Positions 1-8,271 of a stretch of DNA of 64,000 bases are shown here, piece after piece (positions within the stretch are counted from its first letter, which is position 1; the number at the start of each line of letters is the position of its first letter). The DNA comes from Candidatus Kaelpia imicola (lineage in GTDB: Bacteria; Omnitrophota; Gorgyraeia; Kaelpiales; Kaelpiaceae). Below the pieces are notes generated by a model, which saw nothing but the letters and a program-made list of their open reading frames with translations, was not told the DNA's origin and ran no database searches. The position numbers and the translations under genes are program-made. Location of the stretch: the NCBI GenBank assembly GCA_030765505.1, contig JAVCCL010000019.1:3516-67515 (forward strand). Direction: 5' to 3'.

Positions 1-1344
1 AATCTTTACCCTCTTTCTTTCAAAATATAATCTGTTCACCTCATCTAAGATATCAAGCCTTAGTTGAGTATTCAAACGTGAACGGGTATCAATATCATCC
101 TGGTAATGGTTCCAGATTAAATCTTCTAAATCCCAGGTTAAATCAACGCTCCAATCCCTGGGCCCAACATAAGATTGTCCGCCGCTGCTATAGGTACCAT
201 AGATTGTTTTATCATATCCAAGATCAAGCTGAGGCAGGAGAGCACGATACCGCAAGGAGCGCCTCCAGGCTTTTATCTTCTCAGGATTAACTTCATTATA
301 ATCTAAAGTTGCCTGCTGGACTTCCCGGGCACTGGGCTCAAAAGAGAAAACATTCTCATAGCTTAATTCCAGAAACTCCCGGCTATCCTCTCCCTCCTCA
401 AATAACCCCAGAGCTGTTGCAAGATAGAGCTTACCTTTCTTATCCATCGTGAGCATATTGATGCTCTCTGTAGGCAAACCCTCATAGACCTTGATAGCCT
501 TCTTTCTTCCCAGATAGACCTTAAAGAAACCTCTATCAGTTCCAAGATAGATGAGATCTCCTGAGTTATCGTCTTGAAGTATAGAATTAATCTTTACGCT
601 GCCTAATCCTTGAATATAGGCCTTTTTAAAACCAGAACCGTAATCACTGGATATAAATAGGCCTGCAGTTGTACCAAGATAGACCACACTAGGGTCCTTA
701 GCACTAACTGTTACAACCCTTGGAACATAGGATAGGCCTTCCTCTACCTCTTCCTCCTCTTCTATGCTCTTGTCCTTTCTGGGAGTTATAAAAGTCCTCT
801 GGAATCTATTGAAATCCTCGCTTTTGTAAAGCCCCATATCCGTTGCCAGATAGAGATAGGGCTTCATATAGTCTATCCAGTAGACCTCTATATCATTAGG
901 CAAAGCAGCAACTTTCTTAAAGTCATAGATACCATCCTCACCTATATATAATCCGGAAGAGGTTCCCAGCAAGAGTTTATTATCTTCTCTTTTAAAAGAG
1001 AGGCATTTTATATCTTTGCCCTGGCTGCGAAAAAGATAATCAACCCTATTAGAGTCTCTTGCCGAGAGCAATCCCGCGTCAGTTGCAATATATAGGAGTT
1101 CATAATCTAGAGGGTCGGGATAGACAAAGTTTATCCCGCCTTCCTTAACCTTGTAGATAAACCTCCACTCTCTATTCTCCAGCTTGTATAGAGAGTCGCT
1201 TGAGGCAAGATATAGAATATTGTTGTCTAAGGGGTGGACTACGACAAACCTGCAATCTGCTTCGGTCAAACCTTCGATTCTAGTGAACTCCGCCCAAGAG
1301 GTAAAAGAAAAAGCTAAAACGAGAAATAGTAATAAGTGTCTCAT
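1..1344 (-). CDS. Secreted beta-propeller (BNR/WD40-like) protein with C-terminal TolC/OEP-like segment; 3' end runs off window
   Basis: Not in the ORF track because it has no stop in the window. Read manually: ATG at 1344 after AGGAGG (1351-1356), signal peptide MRHLLLFLVLAFSFTSWA, repeated blades LYIATDAGL / LLLGTSSGLY / LYLATDMGLY / VYLGTTAGLF / IYLGTDRGFF; open to base 1. Confidence 0.8.
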   Translation of the reverse strand, partial: MRHLLLFLVLAFSFTSWAEFTRIEGLTEADCRFVVVHPLDNNILYLASSDSLYKLENREWRFIYKVKEGGINFVYPDPLDYELLYIATDAGLLSARDSNRVDYLFRSQGKDIKCLSFKREDNKLLLGTSSGLYIGEDGIYDFKKVAALPNDIEVYWIDYMKPYLYLATDMGLYKSEDFNRFQRTFITPRKDKSIEEEEEVEEGLSYVPRVVTVSAKDPSVVYLGTTAGLFISSDYGSGFKKAYIQGLGSVKINSILQDDNSGDLIYLGTDRGFFKVYLGRKKAIKVYEGLPTESINMLTMDKKGKLYLATALGLFEEGEDSREFLELSYENVFSFEPSAREVQQATLDYNEVNPEKIKAWRRSLRYRALLPQLDLGYDKTIYGTYSSGGQSYVGPRDWSVDLTWDLEDLIWNHYQDDIDTRSRLNTQLRLDILDEVNRLYFERKRVKI

Positions 1345-1362
1345 TTTAAACCTCCTTGTTCT

Positions 1363-2115
1363 TTAAGTTTTTCTTTTTAGCTCCTTATACTTAATTAAAC
1401 TTAAAAACTGATAAAGGGATGCAAAATAGGCCAGCACAAAACCATAGAAACCATCGCGGAAACCCTGTTTCCTAAAATAGCTTCTCAAAAATCTATCTAT
1501 ACCTCTTCTTAAAAATCTGAAAGTTTTTATCTCTTTACCCTGATCAATCCATTTCTGAACTTCAAGGGTTGTCTGGCTGTTTAGCTTATTTATGAAATCT
1601 GTAATATCGCGGTAAGAGTAATGTATGATATCTGATTTTAGATGGGCCAGATCACCATCCACAAAGGATACCGGGTGAACATGTGCCTCCTCCCACCTGA
1701 ACTTATCCTTTAAGAACAGCTTAAGCTGGGGTGAAGGATACCAACCGCCGTATTTAACCCAGTAGTTAGCGATATAATTACGCCTCGGGACAGAACATGC
1801 CGCGGCTTTAGGTGAAGATCCCAAAAACTCTGCTATCTCTTTCTTTAATTCCTCTGTGACCCTCTCATCAGCATCGAGGCTTAAGACCCACTTATTTTTG
1901 GCCTGCTGATAGGCCCAGTTCCTATGCCGGCCTTCAATATCCATTTTACGCAACAGAATCTTATCTGTATATTCTAAGGCAATATCTCTTGTTCTATCAC
2001 TGCTATTATCGTCAACGATAACAATCTCATCTGCCCAGCCTCTAACAGATTTAATACACTCCTTAATATTCCTCTCTTCATTCTTTGTAATAATGACTAC
2101 AGATAGAGCAACCAT
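1363..2115 (-). CDS. Glycosyltransferase family 2 (WaaE/KdtX-like)
   Basis: SVVIITKNEE, DDNSSDRT, WVLSLDADE, GFRDG motifs of GT2 beta-1,4-glucosyltransferases. Confidence 0.9.
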   Translation of the reverse strand: MVALSVVIITKNEERNIKECIKSVRGWADEIVIVDDNSSDRTRDIALEYTDKILLRKMDIEGRHRNWAYQQAKNKWVLSLDADERVTEELKKEIAEFLGSSPKAAACSVPRRNYIANYWVKYGGWYPSPQLKLFLKDKFRWEEAHVHPVSFVDGDLAHLKSDIIHYSYRDITDFINKLNSQTTLEVQKWIDQGKEIKTFRFLRRGIDRFLRSYFRKQGFRDGFYGFVLAYFASLYQFLSLIKYKELKRKT

Positions 2116-2144
2116 AATATCTCCTTGTCGTTTTGAACAGATAA

Positions 2145-2173
2145 ATCATAGCTTTAAATATAGGCTTTGTCAA
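2145..2173 (-). promoter_or_regulatory. Sigma70 promoter for GT2 gene
   Basis: TTGACA-17 bp-TATGAT on minus strand. Confidence 0.65.
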
Positions 2174-2187
2174 AAAACTTATATTTA

Positions 2188-2385
2188 CTAATCATCTTTG
2201 ATGCGCTCACGCATCTTATCAATTCCCTCTAGAGCTTTAGGCTCATCAGGCGATATCATATAGGCCTTAAGATAATTTTGCAGAACTTCGCTATCGCGAC
2301 CTATGGAAGCCATAATACCTGCACAGTTAAGATAATATTGCATATTGGTGTAGGAGTTTTGTAGTATTGTAAAAACGGCTAACAA
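2188..2385 (-). pseudogene. Short TPR-like ORF, possible gene remnant
   Basis: TPR-like LQNYLKAYMISPDEPKALEGI; upstream frame joins through a T6 run if one base is added. Confidence 0.3.
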
Positions 2386-2448
2386 AAAAGTACAACAATA
2401 TTTTTAAATCTAGGTTCTGTTAAAAGATATGACTTTATCAATCTATAT

Positions 2449-4995
2449 TTACTCTTTCCTCAGTTTAAGCTCTGCAAGTTCAAACCCATCTTTACACCCT
2501 TGATCATAGCAAGGTATAAAGAACAGATTATATTTACATTTAGGCGTATTATCATTTTTGTCAAAATCGTTGACCGCTATTGAGAAGCCTATTTTTAGTC
2601 CCGGCTCGGGTTCAATGCCTAAAATCTCAAAAGGTATCGCAATCTCAAGAATATATCCCGACTCTGTAATCTTAGATTTTAACTCTATCTCTTCAAACAC
2701 TCTGTTCTGGAACCAGGCATAATGCAAAGACTCCTTTCTACTCCCGGAGGGTGCAAAACCAAACTGAAACTGTTTTTTATTGCCCCAGTAAAGATTCTTG
2801 TTCTCAGGCGTAATATATACTTCTATGCTGTCTTGCTTATAGATTTTATCTGGAATATCTTCTACCAAAACCTCATTATCCGTCACCTCAACCCAGAGAT
2901 ATAGAGACTCTTCATCCCAGCCCAGGCTAAACTCAGAAGCCAAATCATCAGGATATCGTGTAACAGCTCCATGCTCTATTGTCTCGCTGGCTTTTAAAGC
3001 GTAATCATAATCCCCGGCCTTAAAGACCCGCCTATAGTCAACGCTGATAAGGGGCTTTTCGTCCGGCCTAAGCTTCATTGTCCCGGATTTAAACCCTGCC
3101 CTATTCATGGCTTCGTTGATATATTTGTTAGACATAAAATAGTCCCAAACAGAACCTGTCAGATAGTTTTCAATCATAAGCAGCATCGGGCCCTGGTCTA
3201 TCCCAATGACAATATCTGAATACCAATCTTTGTCCCGGTTCAAACTATCGGAAAAACCATATCTACCCCAAACGTAGTCTTTGTAGTGATTATACATCCA
3301 GCGCAATGCAGTTATTGTCTCTTGCGGGGCAAAAGGAATTGAACCTCCCAGAGCCGTAAAAGCAACAGTCCCATCATAATAAGCATAACCCGGAGGAGCA
3401 CCGTAAGCACGGTAACCGGCCGGGGATTCACAGGCAGTAAGCCCCCATGAGTTTTCGTTAAAAGTCATAGAGTTAGACCTATTGTTGATGCAAAACTCCC
3501 TGTTGGCCAAAGCTGCATTAACAGAAGATTGAAAATAATCCGCATAGTTGTCATGCTTATCTCTAAAATCGACCCAGATATGTGAATACTGATGAGTAAA
3601 CATAGGCGGTGAAACTAAGCAAGTATAACCTTCGTAGCTCCAAATAGGCCTTCTTATTTCATCCCATACCTCAGGAGAGATTGGGTGAGTAGGAGACCCT
3701 ATTGCAAAAAGGTACATCAATAACTGTTCACCATATCTGTTCCATCTATCCGGCAAAAATCCTGTCTCAGGCATCCAGCCCATACACAGAGTATCGCCTT
3801 GGGCCATCATCCAGTCCCACTCCACCCTTTCATAAAGGTCCTCCGCCAGCTCTCTAACCTTAGAGCCGAAATATTCCCCTGCGGTTATAGCGCCTGCTAA
3901 AAAAAGAGCGGTATCGATTGAAGATAGTTCGCAGTTCCAGACTCTCTTACCGCTATCCATACTTACAAAGTGATAGAAGAATCCATGGACATTTTCCAAC
4001 TTATCTCTAAAATAAAAGAGCGTATTTAAAACTCTCTCTAAAGCCTTCTCTTTACTGATCCATCCTTTTTCAACTGCAATAGGATATGAACTCAAGGCAA
4101 AACCAACTGCAGCAATAGAGGCTACCTTAAAATTGTCATCTTTAAAGTTATCTGCCTTATCTCTGATGAGACCTGTGTCTGGATTAGCTTCGCGCCAAAA
4201 ATAACCAAAAGCTTTTCTTTGAATTAATTCCAGAAACTGTTTATCTGATAGGCGTGATATATCCGGTTTTGGAATTCTTTCCCGGGCAGTAGGAAATAGG
4301 GTAGAACAAGAATCGCCTAAATTCTTAGCTGCTGTAAAGTAAATATCGTCTATATATATTGTTCCTTCTTTCTGGGTTGCTTTCCAATCTTCAAAGACTA
4401 TGACCAGTTTTCTCATACTATCCCACTCTGAGATGCCTACAAACTGATCTAAGTCTATCAGATACTCTTGCCAGCTATCGCTGAGACCTGTTATATAATA
4501 GGCGCCTCTCCTGCCTTGAGAGCTCTGAACCTCTATCTTAAAATCTTTCGTATAGCCCCTATCTGTATCTCCTTTAGCCCAGATGACTAGCTGCTTATAC
4601 TTGCTTAAATCGGCAGCTCCAAGATCAAACCAGACACCATTGAAAGCTGAAGACGGAGAGTCAACATCGTAATCTATTCTCAAGGAATATCCCCTGCTGC
4701 CTACATAGGTTAGAGGCGAGAAAGAGTCATAACAGCTTTGAGAATAATCGTTGGGGGCTTTATCCCAGGCACCAAACTCACCCAGGTTGGTCTTGTTCTC
4801 TTTTTCGTTAAAATGGCTTAGGAGAAATACCTCCGGAACTTCTGCCTGAGGTATCAGTTTTAGATCTTTTAAGAACTCCTGGCAGGCCAACTCTTGCTTC
4901 TCTCTGAGATGTTTAACTCTAAGATATCTATTCGCAGAAAATGCGGCTATTAAAATCGCAAGGATTAGAGCTGCTGCTAAAGAAACTTTCCTCAT
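2449..4995 (-). CDS. GH144/DUF3131 (glucoamylase-like, endo-beta-1,2-glucanase family) hydrolase with N-terminal CBM11/CIA30-like and C-terminal CBM9-like domains
   Basis: QRKAFGYFW, SIAAVGFAL, GFFYHF, ELSSIDTALF, PMFTHQYSH, WGLTA, WGRYGFSD, IGIDQG motifs; C-terminal WDEESLYLWVEVTD..DSIEVY..GYILEIAIPF (CBM9/DOMON); N-terminal membrane anchor. Confidence 0.85.
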   Translation of the reverse strand: MRKVSLAAALILAILIAAFSANRYLRVKHLREKQELACQEFLKDLKLIPQAEVPEVFLLSHFNEKENKTNLGEFGAWDKAPNDYSQSCYDSFSPLTYVGSRGYSLRIDYDVDSPSSAFNGVWFDLGAADLSKYKQLVIWAKGDTDRGYTKDFKIEVQSSQGRRGAYYITGLSDSWQEYLIDLDQFVGISEWDSMRKLVIVFEDWKATQKEGTIYIDDIYFTAAKNLGDSCSTLFPTARERIPKPDISRLSDKQFLELIQRKAFGYFWREANPDTGLIRDKADNFKDDNFKVASIAAVGFALSSYPIAVEKGWISKEKALERVLNTLFYFRDKLENVHGFFYHFVSMDSGKRVWNCELSSIDTALFLAGAITAGEYFGSKVRELAEDLYERVEWDWMMAQGDTLCMGWMPETGFLPDRWNRYGEQLLMYLFAIGSPTHPISPEVWDEIRRPIWSYEGYTCLVSPPMFTHQYSHIWVDFRDKHDNYADYFQSSVNAALANREFCINNRSNSMTFNENSWGLTACESPAGYRAYGAPPGYAYYDGTVAFTALGGSIPFAPQETITALRWMYNHYKDYVWGRYGFSDSLNRDKDWYSDIVIGIDQGPMLLMIENYLTGSVWDYFMSNKYINEAMNRAGFKSGTMKLRPDEKPLISVDYRRVFKAGDYDYALKASETIEHGAVTRYPDDLASEFSLGWDEESLYLWVEVTDNEVLVEDIPDKIYKQDSIEVYITPENKNLYWGNKKQFQFGFAPSGSRKESLHYAWFQNRVFEEIELKSKITESGYILEIAIPFEILGIEPEPGLKIGFSIAVNDFDKNDNTPKCKYNLFFIPCYDQGCKDGFELAELKLRKE

Positions 4996-5018
4996 CTATA
5001 AAACTTTCGATTTGTATA

Positions 5019-5046
5019 AAGGCGGAGCATGTTTTCACTCCGCCTT
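5019..5046 (-). terminator. Hairpin / intrinsic terminator after CBM gene
   Basis: AAGGCGGAG-10 nt-CTCCGCCTT perfect 9-bp stem followed by a short T/A tract. Confidence 0.6.
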
Positions 5047-5069
5047 GATAGATTAATTACAACTTCCTG

Positions 5070-5645
5070 TTATTCAAATGTAATATCATCAAAATAGACA
5101 GTTCCCTCTTTTACTGCACATCTCCAATCCTCAAAGACTATAACGAACTCGTCCATATTAGAGAAGTCGGATATCCCTGCTACTTTTACAAGAGGAACCA
5201 CTATCTTCTGCCACTGGTTTGTAATGCCCGTGACATAATATTTTCCTACCTCACCCCTGTTGTTTTTCATCTCGATCTTAAAGAGAGGAGAGAACCCTCT
5301 ATTCTTGTCGCCCTTTACCCAGATAACAAAGTTTGCATATCCAGATACATCAGAACCATTCAGCTTCATCCAGAAACCGTTATAGGCTGGATTCGGAGAG
5401 TCAACATCGTAATCCAATCTCATGCAGAAACCTTTCCCGTCTCTGGTCTCACTATTGTTAAAACTCTCTATAGCTGTCTGAGAGAAATCCATTGGATCTC
5501 TATCCCAAGCGCCGAAATCACCGCCGATATTGTTTGGCTTTACACCCGAATCAAAATCGGCAACCAGAAGAGCCTCCTTTGCAAAAGAAGCTGCCGCAAC
5601 TACAAAGAGAGCCACTAACATAAAATAGCCAGCTTTCTTCATCAT
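5070..5645 (-). CDS. Secreted stand-alone CBM11/CIA30-like carbohydrate-binding protein
   Basis: Start re-called at MMKKAGYF (AGGAGG RBS at 5650-5655), signal peptide; LDYDVDSP..NGFW..IWVKGD..WQKIVVPL..GTVYFDDITF pattern. Confidence 0.75.
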   Translation of the reverse strand: MMKKAGYFMLVALFVVAAASFAKEALLVADFDSGVKPNNIGGDFGAWDRDPMDFSQTAIESFNNSETRDGKGFCMRLDYDVDSPNPAYNGFWMKLNGSDVSGYANFVIWVKGDKNRGFSPLFKIEMKNNRGEVGKYYVTGITNQWQKIVVPLVKVAGISDFSNMDEFVIVFEDWRCAVKEGTVYFDDITFE

Positions 5646-5714
5646 CCCACCTCCTTTTTTTGTTTTTTGAATCTTCTCATTTATGCCATATAAAGTATCT
5701 TTTGTCAAGTTTTC

Positions 5715-6908
5715 TTAAACCATTAAATAAGTAAAGATATGCTGAATTACAAGGCTTACTGCACCTAAAGCTACAGAGTTTTCGCCCAGCTGAGTAGGTA
5801 CAATCCTCACCTGACCGCCTATCTCTTCAAAAGTCTTTTCTCTAACAACTTTTTTAATTGCATCAAGCAGTACAGAGCCGGCTCTTTCAATACCGCCGCC
5901 TATTACAACTACCTCGGGGTTGAATATCTGAATAAGGTAGGCAATCCTTACGCCTAACTCCTCACCTGCCTCTTTTACCAGGCTTGCTGCAAGTTTATCT
6001 CCAGCTCTTACAGCTTCAATGATAGATTTAAAATCTATTTTAGAGCTATCTCCTCCGGCTAACTCCAGAATCTTAGAATCGCTGCTCTCTTTTACCCTCT
6101 CTACTGCAGAGGCTTTAAGACCCAAATCAGCCTCCCAGCGATCTAAACCTCTCCAGCGGCTCTTCTCTTCTTCTCTTAAAGTAGGTAAACCCAATTCTCC
6201 AGCACAGCCGCCAGCACCTCCATAGATTTGACCATTAATAACTATACCGCAGCCAACTCCGGAGTACATAAAGATAAGATTTTTGATATCGCTTTCAAGC
6301 TCAAACTCCCTCTCTCCAAGAGCAGCAACAGTTGCATCGTTCTCTACAAAGACAGGGATCTGAAACTTCTGCTCCAGCATATTCTTTAAAGTGGATATAT
6401 ATATGCTGCCCATCTGCTGGGGCCAGCGTATCGTACCCCCTTTTCTATCTACAATACCCGGTATACCTATACCGATACCTTTTATCCGGTCTCTCTCAAC
6501 GTCAACTTTGGATATTATTTCTCCAATAAGATCTGACATTGCATCTATCATAGTATTCTCAGTACCTTCAGGCCGACTCTTCTTTACTTTGACCAAAACA
6601 TTTGCTTTTAAATCAGAGACAACACCTATAATATTAAGAAGGTCCAAGCCTATTCCTATTATATAGGCAGCCTTTGGGTTTAATTCTAAGACAACCGGCC
6701 TTCTGCCTCCCGTTGAAACATCAAGACCGCCTTCTATAACAAAACCTTTTTGAATATAGGTATTAACATAATTAGATACCGTAACAATATTTAACTCTGT
6801 CTCCTTAGATATCTCTGTGCGAGTAATAGGCCCTTTTCTGCGAATTAGATCGAGGATTGAAAAATTTTTTCGCTCCCTGTCCGTTAAAACCTCTGTTGCT
6901 TCTACCAT
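5715..6908 (-). CDS. ROK family transcriptional repressor (NagC/XylR-like)
   Basis: N-terminal wHTH (ITRTEIS..TVS), STGGRRP linker, GIGIGIPGIVD, ENDAT, GVGCG, AGELG. Confidence 0.92.
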   Translation of the reverse strand: MVEATEVLTDRERKNFSILDLIRRKGPITRTEISKETELNIVTVSNYVNTYIQKGFVIEGGLDVSTGGRRPVVLELNPKAAYIIGIGLDLLNIIGVVSDLKANVLVKVKKSRPEGTENTMIDAMSDLIGEIISKVDVERDRIKGIGIGIPGIVDRKGGTIRWPQQMGSIYISTLKNMLEQKFQIPVFVENDATVAALGEREFELESDIKNLIFMYSGVGCGIVINGQIYGGAGGCAGELGLPTLREEEKSRWRGLDRWEADLGLKASAVERVKESSDSKILELAGGDSSKIDFKSIIEAVRAGDKLAASLVKEAGEELGVRIAYLIQIFNPEVVVIGGGIERAGSVLLDAIKKVVREKTFEEIGGQVRIVPTQLGENSVALGAVSLVIQHIFTYLMV

Positions 6909-6926
6909 ATCTGCCTCCTTTAATAA

Positions 6927-8195
6927 TTACTCCCTAAGGAGCTTGTTGCCTGCTTCTACGATCTCAGGCAAAATATTATCTAATTCAGCCTGACCGTTAA
7001 AAAACAGATCCAATTTAGGTTTAATATACAACTCTTCTATCTCTCTCCAGTTAGGACTAAACGGGGGAAAGACTACGCTCTCAACTGCTTCATTAAGCAT
7101 TTTTTTATTCAGCGGCTTCTCCTTGCTCTGAGCCCAATAAGGGCCCTGGGCAACAGATATTCTGCTTGGCTGCGCCAATCCTATAGAAGCGATACGCTCC
7201 ATAGTTCGAGCGGAGGTCAAAGCCTTTATTACCTCCCAGGCAAGCTCAGGATTGCTGGATTTTTTCAATATGCAATATGCTGTTCCCCCTGTTGCAATCT
7301 GCCGTATATTTTGAGGGCTTTTAGGAAATACCGCTATATCCCAATCAAAGCTCTCTATATTCTGTAATGCCGGAGTCTCCCATATCCCCGACCCTAACAT
7401 CGCAAGACGTCCGGTCATAAACATCATCTGTACACCCATACCCATATTTATAAGAGCAGAGGGGGTTGGAGATACTCTATGTTTCAAAATAAGATCTCTA
7501 TAAAACTCCAGCCCTTCTCGCGATGCTTGAGTATTCAACTTTATAGAGCTAGGAGTCTTAACATTATCTACAAGTCTGCCGCCATTAGCTAAAACAAAAT
7601 TCTGCCAGGCCCAAGTATAAAATCCATATCTCTTAATCTTGCCTTTTTCACCTCTTTCGGTAAGGCACTTTGCAGTCTCAAGAAGAGCATCCCAATCCCA
7701 GTCATCATCGGGGTAGGGAATATTATGTTGGTCAAAGATGTTCTTATTGTAATATACACAGGCAAAAGGAGCGATATCTCTTGGTATACCGTAAACATCG
7801 CCTTCAATAGTGAAATGTTCAATGATAGGCGAGAAAAAATCATTTAATACAAAACTCTTATCGTTTTCTACAAAAGGAGTAAGGTTTAAGAAAACACCTT
7901 TAGAGTAAAAATTTGTAAAAAGTCCTACCTCTGCAGCTATGATATCAGGTGAATCTCCTCCTGCTATCCTAGTTAGAATCTTGCTGCTATACCCTCCGTA
8001 AGGAGTATGCTCTAAGGCAACCTTTATTTTAGGATGGTCTCTCTGCCATTCTTCAATAACAGATGTGATTATCCTGACCTCTTCCGGAGAACCCCAAAAA
8101 GCAAAGCGCACCTTATTACTATCTGAAGTTGGACACTTCCCGCAGCCCCATATCAATACGGATATTAAGATTAAAATACTTTTTGCAATCTTCAT
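6927..8195 (-). CDS. Sugar ABC-type solute-binding lipoprotein
   Basis: Lipobox IWGC; FWGSPEE, PDII, YGIP, YYNKNIFD, WDWD, FMTGRLAM, WDIAVFP (SBP_bac_1/8). Confidence 0.9.
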   Translation of the reverse strand: MKIAKSILILISVLIWGCGKCPTSDSNKVRFAFWGSPEEVRIITSVIEEWQRDHPKIKVALEHTPYGGYSSKILTRIAGGDSPDIIAAEVGLFTNFYSKGVFLNLTPFVENDKSFVLNDFFSPIIEHFTIEGDVYGIPRDIAPFACVYYNKNIFDQHNIPYPDDDWDWDALLETAKCLTERGEKGKIKRYGFYTWAWQNFVLANGGRLVDNVKTPSSIKLNTQASREGLEFYRDLILKHRVSPTPSALINMGMGVQMMFMTGRLAMLGSGIWETPALQNIESFDWDIAVFPKSPQNIRQIATGGTAYCILKKSSNPELAWEVIKALTSARTMERIASIGLAQPSRISVAQGPYWAQSKEKPLNKKMLNEAVESVVFPPFSPNWREIEELYIKPKLDLFFNGQAELDNILPEIVEAGNKLLRE

Positions 8196-8222
8196 AATAA
8201 ACTTATTAAGAGCATTGTTTAA

Positions 8223-8251
8223 ATTTTAAAACAACTCTTCACAATTGTCAA
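8223..8251 (-). promoter_or_regulatory. Sigma70 promoter for SBP-ROK operon
   Basis: TTGACA-17 bp-TAAAAT on minus strand. Confidence 0.65.
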
Positions 8252-8271
8252 CATATTTAGAACTAGGAAAA

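Noticed and set aside
78-1366. Short ORFs 78-290, 363-545 and 1184-1366
   Set aside because: Shadows of the long minus-strand gene 1-1344
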